The translations under genes were made by a program, and so were the position numbers. From NCBI GenBank assembly GCA_963726245.1, contig CAVSBT010000027.1, positions 32,001 through 96,000 on the forward strand: a stretch of 64,000 nucleotides of DNA, in the 5' to 3' direction. Below are positions 50,070-59,789 of the stretch, in pieces. Positions within the stretch are counted from its first letter, which is position 1; each line of letters begins with the position of its first letter. This DNA is from an uncultured Chloroflexia bacterium (lineage in GTDB: Bacteria; Chloroflexota; Dehalococcoidia; DSTF01; JALHUB01). Under the pieces are notes generated by a model. That model was not told the origin of the DNA, did no database searches, and saw only the letters and a program-made list of their open reading frames with translations.

Positions 50070-50738
50070 ATGAAACGCGGGAGCGTGGACAGGAAGAAGG
50101 ACGAAAACGTCCTCGTCTTCGAGAGCAGGCTGCTTCACGAAGTAGGGCACTTCCAGGGGCTCAACGCGAATGTCGAGCCCTACCTTGCCGCCATCTTCGC
50201 CCCCGGCAACTGCTTCTTCATGCCCCGGTCGGCCGCCGAACAAGAGCCCAGGTACAAGCAAGTCATCCCCTACGTCATCCTGGCCTACGGCGACTCGGTG
50301 TTCAGCTACGTGAGGGGGAGGTCAAGCACCGAGGGCAGGCTCGTCGGGCTGCGTTCGATTGGCGTAGGTGGCCACATCGGTGACAGGGACCTGACGCTGC
50401 CGGGCTTGGAACTGCACGACGAGGCGAGGGTCGGCGGCCTCCGCCGCCTATACATCGACGCAGTCAGGCGCGAGGCTGAGGAAGAAGTGTCTATCGACTG
50501 CGAATATGAGGCCCGCGAAGTGGCGGTCCTGAACGATGACGAGCAAGAAGTCGGAAGGGTCCACTTCGGCATTGTGCACGTGTTCAGCCTGCGGGCGCCT
50601 CGCGTCTCCAAGAGGGAGCGCCTGGTGTCGGAGGCCGGGTTCATGTCGACGGTAGAGCTGGCAGCGTCGATAGCTGAATTCGAAGGTTGGTCCCAGATCT
50701 GCGCCCGGGCCATTTGCGACGGGACGCTGACGTTGTGA
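50070..50738 (+). CDS. Predicted NUDIX-like phosphoesterase (YmaB-like)
   Basis: KQVIPY, SIGVGGHI, RREAEEE, VGRVHFG. Confidence 0.85.
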   Translation: MKRGSVDRKKDENVLVFESRLLHEVGHFQGLNANVEPYLAAIFAPGNCFFMPRSAAEQEPRYKQVIPYVILAYGDSVFSYVRGRSSTEGRLVGLRSIGVGGHIGDRDLTLPGLELHDEARVGGLRRLYIDAVRREAEEEVSIDCEYEAREVAVLNDDEQEVGRVHFGIVHVFSLRAPRVSKRERLVSEAGFMSTVELAASIAEFEGWSQICARAICDGTLTL

Positions 50739-50754
50739 CGGGCGGCGCAGTCGC

Positions 50755-51447
50755 CTAATGCGCGGCGTCGGGGTAGCGGAGCCAGTCGGCGGCGACCCAG
50801 CCGTCACGGCCGTCGATGCGCCACCACTGGAAGTCGTCGACCACTTGAGGGCCCTCGGCCAGCTTGATGGTCGTCCCTTCTCGGAGGCAGTCGATGGCCG
50901 CCTTGCCCAGGCCGGGCCCGTCGCGCACGTTGAGGCAGGGGCCGGTGCCGGCCACCACCACCGTCGCGCCGACGGTCAGGGGCCAGGGGATGCCGGGCAC
51001 GTCGGCGGCCTGAGGGTGCAGAGGGAACTCTCCCACCACCTGCCACTGGCCTGCCTGTCCGGCAGGCAGGCCGGCCTTCTGCTCCAGGAAGATCCAGGTG
51101 GTGAACTGGGTGAAGGCGGGACCCGCCACGTAGGCCTTCGCCGGCCCGCGGTCGCCGCGGAATAAGGTGCAGAGCTTACCCTGGTCATCGGGTAGCTTGG
51201 CAGCCCCGCAGTCCCCAACGTAGCCCATGGGAGCGTTCTGACTCGCGTAGGCGGCCAGAGCCTCGTCAGGCGAGCCCGGCGCCGGCGTGGACGAGCCCGG
51301 CGTGGCCGTGACCACCGTGACGCCCGACTCTGAGGAGCCGCCATCCTTGAAGCAGGCGGTCAGGAGCAGCGCGGCCCCCGCTGCTGCCAGCAGCAACACC
51401 GCCGCCGGCGGCCTTCGAAGGAAAGCAGCGATCCAGCCCCCCCACAT
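50755..51447 (-). CDS. Lipoprotein with C-terminal SH3b domain
   Basis: Lipobox LLTA-C; CLNVRDGPG...EGP...WW...GWVAADWL. Confidence 0.8.
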   Translation of the reverse strand: MWGGWIAAFLRRPPAAVLLLAAAGAALLLTACFKDGGSSESGVTVVTATPGSSTPAPGSPDEALAAYASQNAPMGYVGDCGAAKLPDDQGKLCTLFRGDRGPAKAYVAGPAFTQFTTWIFLEQKAGLPAGQAGQWQVVGEFPLHPQAADVPGIPWPLTVGATVVVAGTGPCLNVRDGPGLGKAAIDCLREGTTIKLAEGPQVVDDFQWWRIDGRDGWVAADWLRYPDAAH

Positions 51448-51458
51448 GTGACCGCTCC

Positions 51459-52317
51459 TCACGCGGGCGCCGGCCCTTCGTCCCGCCACGGCCTGGAGCC
51501 GGCGAGGCGCAGGAAGTCGGCGTGGGCGGCGGCGCCGCCGGCCACCACCCCCTCGCTATCGATACGAATAGGGCTGCCGTCGCGGTTCGTTATCACGCCG
51601 CCGGCCTCTCTCACCAGCAGTATGCCCGCCGCCACGTCCCAGGGAAAGAGGTAGTGGTGCACGAAGAGGTCATAGCGGCCGCAGGCGGCGTACGCCAGGC
51701 CCAAGGCGGCGCTGCCGCAGATGCGCACGGCCTGCATCCCCGGCCAGAGCTCGCGCAGGAGGGCCAGCATCTGGGCCGCCCGCCGGTCGTTGTAGCCCAT
51801 GTCGAAGCCAAGAACCGACGCCTGGAGCGACGGCTTGTCGGAGACGCGGCAGAGCTGGTCCGAACCGGCGGATAGGCGGGCGCCGCCGCCCTTCTCCGCC
51901 CAGAACGTCTCGCCGTGCAGGGGGTCGTGGGTGACGGCGACGACGGGCTCGCCCTGGTGGCAGAGCGCGACGTTGACGCAGAAGAAGGGTAGGCCGCTGC
52001 ACGTAGTTGCGGGTGCCGTCCAGGGGGTCCACCACCCACATCCACTCTTCGACCTTCGAGCCTCGAACCTCGAGACCGGCGGTCTCCTCCGAGAGGACGG
52101 CGTGCTGGGGGTACTCGCGGGCCAGGAGGGCCTGGATGAGGTGCTCGATGTCAACGTCGGTAGCGGTGACGAGGTTGCCGCGGCCCTTGACGGAGACCTC
52201 CTGCGGCTTGCGGAAGCGCCCCCGGGCGAGGCGGCCGCCCTCGTCGGCGCAGCGGCGCGCCACCTGGAGGGCGGTGGCCCCGGACGTGGAGACGGGCAGG
52301 TCTAGGGAAGCGCTCAC
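51459..52317 (-). CDS. suhB: Inositol monophosphatase family protein (frameshift near 51995)
   Basis: LVTATD, SEE, WVVDPLDGTRNY, GSAAL, PWDVAAG. Confidence 0.85.
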
Positions 52318-52367
52318 GGCTCGCAGGGTACGCGCGGGAGGGGGCAGGGGGTCAAGGGGGGCTTCGT

Positions 52368-52435
52368 TACATCCGCTCCGGCGCGGAGACGCCGATGAGG
52401 CGCAGGGTGCGGGCCAGGGCCAGGCGACAGGCCGC
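52368..52435 (-). repeat. Duplicated argS 3' end (direct repeat of 53050-53117)
   Basis: 68-nt copy with 4 mismatches, encoding [21 protein letters not shown]-stop. Confidence 0.92.
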
Positions 52436-52437
52436 CC

Positions 52438-52776
52438 TTACAGGCCAAGGGCCCGGCACAGGGCGTGCTCGTGGGCCTTCTTGTCCTTGTCGGGCATACT
52501 TCCCAGCCTCCGCCTGATCATGCTGGCCTTCACCGTCCACAGGATGGACGTTACCACTGAGGGCTTGGTCAGACCGCAAGTCCGCCAATCGTCGATGCGG
52601 TGGTCGCCAACGAATAGAGGTTCGCGGATGTGACTGGTGATGGCGGCGATGACGATCTCGCGGCGGCTGGCGTGGTAGTCAGGCGAACTGATGATGAGGG
52701 CTGGCCGATTCTTAACAACAGGCTTGTCGGTGAACATAAAGGGAACGAAGACAACGTCGCCCCGGCTATAGGTCAT
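52438..52776 (-). CDS. PemK/MazF family type II toxin
   Basis: YSRGDVVFVPF.FTD....KNRPALIIS...AAITS...GL.KPSVV. Confidence 0.9.
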   Translation of the reverse strand: MTYSRGDVVFVPFMFTDKPVVKNRPALIISSPDYHASRREIVIAAITSHIREPLFVGDHRIDDWRTCGLTKPSVVTSILWTVKASMIRRRLGSMPDKDKKAHEHALCRALGL

Positions 52777-52990
52777 CGTAGACTGCGTCATCCTCGTTGT
52801 CCCACAACTCCGCCAGCACCGGTGCCTCCGCTGCGGTGAGGTACTCCCCTGGCTCCTCCGCAAGGCGGTGCTCGATGGCCTCAACACAGTACCGGCGCAT
52901 AGTGGTTCTCTTACGGGCGGCCACAACCTTCAAGCGCCCGTGAAGAGATGGCTCGAGGTCGATAGTCAGCCTTGCCCTTTCGTTAACCAT
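52766..52990 (-). CDS. Ribbon-helix-helix antitoxin
   Basis: RLTIDL...LHGRLKVVAA; acidic tail LWDNEDDAVYDDL; overlaps the toxin start. Confidence 0.85.
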   Translation of the reverse strand: MVNERARLTIDLEPSLHGRLKVVAARKRTTMRRYCVEAIEHRLAEEPGEYLTAAEAPVLAELWDNEDDAVYDDL

Positions 52991-53048
52991 GCTTTGTCAC
53001 CCCAACAAGATGATGGCACATTTACAGAAAAATGGCAATACTGCAATA

Positions 53049-54774
53049 CTACATCCGCTCCGGCGCGGAGACGCCGATGAGGGCCAGAGTGCGGGCCAGG
53101 GCCAGGCGGCAGGCCGCGACCAGCTTCAGGCGCGCCTTGGAGAGGGGCACGTCGTCGGAGACGACGCGGCACTTCTCGTAGAAGTCGTGGAAGGCGGTGG
53201 CCAGCTCCTGCGCGTAGTGGGGCAGGTGGTGCGGCTCCAGGTTGCCGGCGATCGACTCCAGCAGCTCCGGCAGGAGGAGCATCTTGCGCACCAGCGCCAG
53301 CTCCGCCGGATGGGTGAGCAGCGACACGTCGCCGTCGGCGTAGTCCGTGCTTCGCTCGGCGGCGAGGCGGAGGATGCCCGCGACGCGGGCGTGGGCGTAC
53401 TGGACGTAGTAGACGGGGTTCTCGGCGCTCTGCTGCTTGGCCAGCTCCAGGTCGAAGTCCATGGAAGCGTCGGCGGAGCGGGCGAGGAAGAAGAAGCGAC
53501 AGGCGTCGCGTCCCACCTCGTCGATAACGTCGCGCACGGTGACGATCTCGCCGGCCCGCTTCGAGAGGCGCACCACCTCGTCGCCGCGCTTGAGGGTCAC
53601 AAGCTGGTAGATGAGCAGGTCCAGCCGCTCCGGGTCGACGCCCAGGGCGGCCACAGCGGCCTTCATGCGGGAGACGTGGCCCTGGTGGTCGGCGCCCCAG
53701 ACGTTGATGACGCGGTCGAAGCCGCGCCGGATGAACTTGTCATAATGATAGGCGATGTCGGAGGCGAAGTAGGTGGGCTCGCCGTTGCTGCGCACGAGGA
53801 CGTTGTCCTTGTCCTCGCTCGCAGCGCCCTCACCGGCGGCCGCTCGAGGCGCCTCTGGCGGAGGGTGCGAACCAGATAGCTCCCTCCTTCTCGGCGATGT
53901 AGCCTCTCTCGCGCAGCAGGGCCATCACCTGCTCGTAGAGGCTTGGGCTTTTTGCCTCGCCGGGCTGGTAGAGCAGCCGCTCGTTGAACCAGACGTCGTA
54001 CGTCAGCCCCAGGTCCTCCAGGTCGTGGCGGATCTCGTCCATGAGGCGCTGGACGGCGAGCCGGCCGATGTCGACTGGCGCGGGCTCTCCCTCGGGGCGC
54101 AGGAAGCTGTCGCCGTGTTCGTCCTTGATGGCCCCGGCGATGTCAGTGACATACTGGCCGGGGTAGCCGTCCTCCGGGAAGAGCGCGTCGCGGCCCAGGA
54201 CCTGCTGGTAGCGGGCGTAGATGCTGCGGGTGAGGGCGTCAATCTGAGAGCCGGCGTCGTTGAAGTAGTACTCGCGCTCGACGCTGTATCCGGCTGCCTC
54301 CAGCACGGAGGCCAGGGTGGCGCCGATGGCGGCGCCGCGCCCGTTGCCGACGTGCAGGGGGCCGGTGGGGTTGGCGCTGACGAACTCCACCTGCACCCGC
54401 TGACCGCCGCCGATCTCCACGTCGCCGAAGCGGTCGCCGGCAGCGAGGACCGCGTCCACCTGGCGGGCCAGCCACGACTCGCTGAGGCGGAAGTTGACGA
54501 AGCCCGGCGGCGCCACCGTGACCTCGGCTACGGCATCCGAGGCCGGCAGACGCTGCACCAGGGCCTCGGCCAGGGTCAGAGGGTTGGCTCGGGCGGAGCG
54601 CGCCAGGCGCATGGCCAGGCTGGTGGCGTAGTCGCCGTGCTCCGGTCGCTGCGGGCGCTCGATGGCCGGGTCGGGCAGCGCGACGGCAGGCAGCTCGCCG
54701 CGGTCGCGCGCCTCGTGGGCCGCCGCCGCCACCAGCTCGGCGATGTGGTGCTTGACTATGATGGGGGCAGGAAT
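53049..54774 (-). CDS. argS: Arginine--tRNA ligase (frameshift near 53860; probable ATT start)
   Basis: [48 protein letters not shown]. Confidence 0.95.
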
Positions 54775-55520
54775 GGCTTCTCCTTTCCCCTCAGGCGGTC
54801 GAACCAGAAGCTCAGGCGCGTGAGGGTCCGCGCCAGCAGGAACGAGAGGGGGCCCGAGGGCGTCAGCTCGGCGAGGGCGACGCCTTCCGTCCGCATGTGC
54901 TCGAAGTCATAGCCCGCCTCACGCAGGTCGGCGGCTGCACAGGGCTCATACGAGCCTTGCCCTGAGCCTGCCGAAGGGCCTTCGGCGTCCGGTCGCAGTC
55001 GGTAGAAGGCGGCGGACAGCGTCCGAAAGCCGCCCGTCAGCCGGCGGAGGCTCGGGCTGTCGTAGACGCGGAACCACGGGTTCACCTGCGCCCGTCCGAA
55101 GGGCACCGTCAGCAGCAGGCGGCCTCTCGGCGCCAGCAGACGCCGCATGTGCCGCATCGCCAGGATGTCGCCGTGCGGGAACTCGTGCTGGCCGTAGATG
55201 GGCAGTCCGATGTGCTCCACAGTCGATACGCACAGGATAAGGTCGAAGCCGGCGGCGGGGAAGGGGGGCGCCACTATAGTTCCCTTCAGAATCCCCACAT
55301 TTCTTATCGGCCGCGGCGCGCCGGGGTCGAGGCCGTAGACGCGGCGGGTGCCGGCCGGCTCGTCCTGAGCCAGCTCCGCCAGGTAGTCGCTGGTGGAGCA
55401 GCCCACGTCCAGCACGCGGCGCGCCCCGCCGATGCGTCGGATCGCCCAGGGCGCCTCCACCGAGCGCTCGTTGGTACCCAGGGTCGGAGTGTCGGGGGCG
55501 GGTGATTGAGGGTTCATCAA
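54756..55520 (-). CDS. SAM-dependent methyltransferase (DUF268-like)
   Basis: NERSVEAPW, VLDVGC, CVSTVEHIGL, LLTVPFG. Confidence 0.8.
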   Translation of the reverse strand: MMNPQSPAPDTPTLGTNERSVEAPWAIRRIGGARRVLDVGCSTSDYLAELAQDEPAGTRRVYGLDPGAPRPIRNVGILKGTIVAPPFPAAGFDLILCVSTVEHIGLPIYGQHEFPHGDILAMRHMRRLLAPRGRLLLTVPFGRAQVNPWFRVYDSPSLRRLTGGFRTLSAAFYRLRPDAEGPSAGSGQGSYEPCAAADLREAGYDFEHMRTEGVALAELTPSGPLSFLLARTLTRLSFWFDRLRGKEKPFLPPS

Positions 55521-55617
55521 ATGGAGAAGGGCCGCTCTCTAACCGGCCCGAAGTTCTTCTCCGCGGCGCGCGGGCCTGCCCGCTCTTTTCAGGGCACCAT
55601 TATAGCAGGCCCTCGAC

Positions 55618-55732
55618 TGGAACAATGGAACAAAAGAACAGTGGAACAAATGGAACCGTACAACCTTTGAACCCTGGAACCGAATCTGTCACGGCTCCAG
55701 GGTTCAAAAGTTCGAGGGGTTCTAAGGTTCAG
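55618..55732. repeat. Inverted arrays of degenerate octamer tandem repeats
   Basis: About eight TGGAACNN units followed by about five inverted GGTTCNAN units. Confidence 0.8.
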
Positions 55733-55738
55733 AGGCGG

Positions 55739-56269
55739 TCAGGCGGGGAAGCCTTTCTCTCCCTGGAGGCCCTTCAGACAGGAGATCTCGCCGCTGTGGT
55801 CGCGGATGTGCGCCGCCGCGATGCTGCCCAGGAAGTTGGCTACGCTCTCCTGGCCCATGCCAAAGGCCGAAAGGTCAACGGTGCGATTGAGGGCCTCCGG
55901 CGGGAGCGTGGCCAGACACTTGTCCGAGGCGGCGTACACGGCCTGGGCGTACTGCTGCAGCGCCGGCAGGTCGATTCGCACCCGTCGCGCCCACGCGTCC
56001 CAGGGCTGGGCGTCCGAAGGCGAAGGAGGCATCTCGCTCAAGCCTGTCTTGCCGGCCCACGTGGTCGCAAACAGAGGGGCGCCGCCGTTGACCATGCCGT
56101 TTACCATGGCGTCCTCGCTGAGGATGATGTGGGCGTAGGTGGCGCCCAGCGGGTTGGCCTTGCCCGGCGGGGACCACTGCGCTTGCTGCGGGGTGACGCC
56201 CTTCATGGTTCCTTCCAACCACCCATGAGCGTCCTGAAACTGCTTCCGAAGGAGAGATGTCGCGTCCAT
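55739..56269 (-). CDS. DinB family protein
   Basis: ANPLGATYAH, HIRDHSGEI; GGAGG RBS. Confidence 0.85.
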   Translation of the reverse strand: MDATSLLRKQFQDAHGWLEGTMKGVTPQQAQWSPPGKANPLGATYAHIILSEDAMVNGMVNGGAPLFATTWAGKTGLSEMPPSPSDAQPWDAWARRVRIDLPALQQYAQAVYAASDKCLATLPPEALNRTVDLSAFGMGQESVANFLGSIAAAHIRDHSGEISCLKGLQGEKGFPA

Positions 56270-56389
56270 GTTTGAGCCTCCTGCTCCGCTATTTGATTTA
56301 GCCAATGATTTAAATAGATTATAGCAGATGATGAGGGCCGGGGGTCAATATGGGCTTCTTTCTAGGCGAGGTATGTTGCGAGGGTTTTC

Positions 56390-58886
56390 TCAGTGCGGCT
56401 CGTCCACGACACGCGACCAGAGGCGCGCCGCCTCGGCGGCCAGGAGGGCGTGTTCGGCGTCGCTGAGGTCGGGGTCGGCGTCCAGGAGGGCGCCGGCCTC
56501 CTCGCGCGCCTCCTCGATGAGCTGGACGTCGGAGAGGCGGGCGACCTTCAGGTCGGGCATGCCGCTCTGGCGGGTGCCGAAGAACTCGCCTGGGCCGCGC
56601 AGGCGGAGGTCGGCCTCGGCCAGGGCGAAGCCGTCGTGGGTCTGCTCCATGAGCTTCAGGCGCTCCTGGGCTTCCTCGCTGGGGTCGTCGCTGAGCAGCA
56701 GGCAGTAGCTCTGATCGGCGCCCCGGCCGACGCGGCCGCGGAACTGGTGGAGCTGCGCCAGCCCAAAGCGGTCCGCCCCTTCCACCATCATCACGGTGGC
56801 GTTGGGCACGTCGATACCTACCTCGATGACGGCGGTGGACACCAGGATATCCAACTCCCGGTCGCGGAAGGCGCGCATGACGCGCTCCTTCTCGGCGGCG
56901 CGCAGGCGGCCGTGCAGGAGGCCAAGGCGCAGGTTGGGGAAGACCTCGTGGGAGAGGCGCTCGTACTCCTGCGTGGCGGCGCGCACGGCCAGGACCTCGG
57001 ACTCCTCGATCAGCGGGCAGATGACGAATGCCTGCCGCCCCTGGCCGGCCTGCTCCCGGACGAATCGATAGGCGTCGTCCCTCTCCTGGGGCATGGTCCA
57101 GAGGGTCTTCACCGGCTTGCGGCCCGGCGGCATCTCGTCGATGACCGAGATGTCCAGGTCGCCGTAGAGCGTGAGGGCCAGCGTGCGGGGGATGGGCGTG
57201 GCCGTCATCACCAGCAGGTGAGGGCTGGGCCCCTTGCCGCGCAGGGCGGCCCGCTGCATGACGCCGAATCGGTGCTGCTCGTCGACGATGGCCAGCCCCA
57301 GACGCTCGAAGCCTACCTCCTCCTGGATGAGGGCGTGGGTGCCGACAGCCACGTCCACGACGCCCTCAGCGACCTGGCGCTGGACGGCGGCCTTCTCCTT
57401 CGACGGCAGACTTCCCGTGAGGAGGGCGATGCGCAGCGGCTTCTCGAGGTAGGGAGGCGAGAGAACGCCCGCCCAGCCCATCTCCTGGCCTGCCGCCAGC
57501 AGGTCGCAGAGGGTGCGATAGTGCTGCTCGGCAAGGATCTCGGTGGGGGCCATGAGGACGCCCTGACGGCCGCTGGCCACGGCGGCCACGAGGGCGGCGG
57601 CCGCCACCACCGTCTTGCCGCTGCCGACGTCGCCCTGGAGGAGGCGGCTCATGGGCCGCTCCTGCGCCAGGTCCTCCAGCATGCCCGCCATGGCCCGCTG
57701 CTGGGCGCCCGTGAGCTGGAACGGGAGCGACTCCAGGAAGCCGCGTCGCGCCGGCTCAGGCAGCGCCAGGGGCTGCGCGCGGCCTCCCTCCTGCCAGAGG
57801 CGGCGCCTGCGCAGGACGCCGACCTGGATGACCAGCAGCTCGTCGAAGGCGAGGCGGCGCCGCGCCTCGTCCAGCTCCTTCCAGCCGTCGGGATAGTGCA
57901 TCTGGCGTACGGCCTGCTGGAGGCGCCAGAGATGACGGCGACGGCGCAGCCCCTCCGGCAGCGGGTCGGGCAGCGCCTCCAGGTAGGTGTCGAGGGCGTC
58001 CCGCACGGTGCGACGGGCGGTGCGCGCCGGCAGCCCCGAGGTCAGCGGATATACAGGCACGAGCCGGCCGGTGTGTACCAGGTCCTCCGACTCCAGCAGC
58101 TCCCACTCCGGCGACTCGAGGGTCTTCTGGCCCTTGTAGAGGTTGACCCGGCCCGAGAGCACCAGGGGGGCGTTAGTGCGAAGCTGGCGGGCCAGATAGG
58201 GCTGGTTGAACCAGACGACCCGCATCATGCCCGTCTCGTCGGCCACCCAGGCCTCGGTGCCGCGCAGGCGCCGCCCGATGCGGGTGTCCTCGGCGCTCCA
58301 GACGGTGACGATGACTGTCTGCTCCTGCCCGACAACGAGCTCTGCGATCTTGCGGATGTGAGCGAAGTCGTTGTGGCGACGGGGAAAGAAGTACAGGGCA
58401 TCGCGTACGGTGTCCACTCCCAGGCGGGCGAACTTGGCCGCCAGCGCCTGGCGCACGCCTCGGAGGACGGTGATGGGCGCATCCAGGGCTGTTTCGCCCG
58501 GGGGACGCTTCGTGGGAGAAGCCGGCTTGTCGCTGGGCAGGGCCCCTGCCGCGACGGCGGCGGCCGGCGGCTTTGCAGGGCGGCGGCGAGACTGGGCCGG
58601 GCCGGCCTGCGGCCGCACGCGGGCCCGTCGGGGCGGCCGCGTCGCCGGAGACAGCGCCCAGCGCGCCCTCGAGCCAGCGACGGCGGCGGGCCGGGTCGAG
58701 GGAGGCGTAGCCGCGCGAGGGGAGGGCGGCGATGGAGCGCAGGAGAGGGCTCTTGGGGTCCAGCGAGTGGTTCTCGACCAGCCGCTTCAGGTAGCGGTCG
58801 AGTCCGCCGAGGACGGCACGGTCGCCGAGGCCCTTGGCCTTCTCCAGCAGGAGGACTTTGCGAACCTGCTCCTCAACTGGGCTCAA
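56390..58886 (-). CDS. recG: ATP-dependent DNA helicase RecG (frameshift near 58620)
   Basis: LQGDVGSGKT, APTEILAEQH, DEQH, TATPIPR, QFRGRVGR, RGPGE. Confidence 0.95.
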
Positions 58887-58904
58887 TCCTTCCCCCTGCG
58901 GGCC

Positions 58905-59750
58905 CTACGCCTTCTCGGCCTCGACGACTACCATGCCGATGATGCCGGGCCCGCCGTGGACCCCAAGGGCGGGGCCGAGCCGGCCGACGTGAACCGGCAC
59001 GTCAGGCAGGCGTTCGCGGACGCGCTGCGCCAGCACCTCGGCGTCGTCGGGCGTGGTGCCGTGCATGACCGCCACCTGTTCGAGGTCGCCGCAGGCCATG
59101 CAGTCGCGGAAGATGCGGTCCAGGGCGCGGGCGCGGGTGCGGACGCGCGCCACCGGATGTATCACGCCGTCGCGGATGGTGAGGAGCGGCTTCAGGTTCA
59201 AGACGCTGCCCAGGAAGGCCTGCGCCCGCCCGATGCGGCCTCCCCGGCGCAGGTACTCCAGCGTTTCCAGCAGCGCCAGTATGTGCACCCGCCGGCCCAC
59301 GGAACGGGCGATGGCGGCCACCTCGTCCAGTCGGGCGCCCTCGCGGGCGGCGCGCGCCGCCGCTGTGACCTGGAAGCCCATCCCCATTGAGGCCGACTCC
59401 GAGTCGACGACCTGGATTCTGGTCTTGGCCTCCACCAACTTGCTGGCCTGGAGCGCCGATTCGTAGGTGCCGGAGGCGCGGGCGGTGATGTGGATCGAGA
59501 CAATCTCGTCGGTCTGAGCCGCCAGCTTTCGATATGCCTCCAGGAATGCGCCCACCGGAGGCTGCGAGGTGATGGGCAGGGCGGTACTGGTGGCCAGCCG
59601 CTCGTAGAACTGCTCGCTGCTCAGGTCGATGCCGTCGCGGTAGGCCTCGTCGCCGAAGAGGACGAGCAAGGGGACCACCGTGATCCCCAGCTCTTGGACC
59701 ACCTCCGGCGGCAGGTCCGCCGTACTGTCGGTCGCGACGCATACCGTCAC
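58905..59750 (-). CDS. DegV family fatty acid-binding protein (FakB-like)
   Basis: TDSTADL, TSQP, SGTY, GGRIG, KP, HGGPG. Confidence 0.93.
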   Translation of the reverse strand: MTVCVATDSTADLPPEVVQELGITVVPLLVLFGDEAYRDGIDLSSEQFYERLATSTALPITSQPPVGAFLEAYRKLAAQTDEIVSIHITARASGTYESALQASKLVEAKTRIQVVDSESASMGMGFQVTAAARAAREGARLDEVAAIARSVGRRVHILALLETLEYLRRGGRIGRAQAFLGSVLNLKPLLTIRDGVIHPVARVRTRARALDRIFRDCMACGDLEQVAVMHGTTPDDAEVLAQRVRERLPDVPVHVGRLGPALGVHGGPGIIGMVVVEAEKA

Positions 59751-59789
59751 GGCGCCGTCCTTCTCCGCTCGTCCACCGGCCGCCGGTCC

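Noticed and set aside
52367-52588. 73-aa ORF ending in an ArgS-like tail
   Set aside because: Alternate frame of the toxin gene running into the duplicated argS end; no RBS
55618-55732. CRISPR array
   Set aside because: Units are 8 nt with no unique spacers, and there are no cas genes in the window
56393-58942. Long antisense ORFs (e.g. 849 aa opposite recG, 518 aa opposite the CoA-transferase)
   Set aside because: Shadow ORFs expected from high-GC codon bias; no recognisable domains
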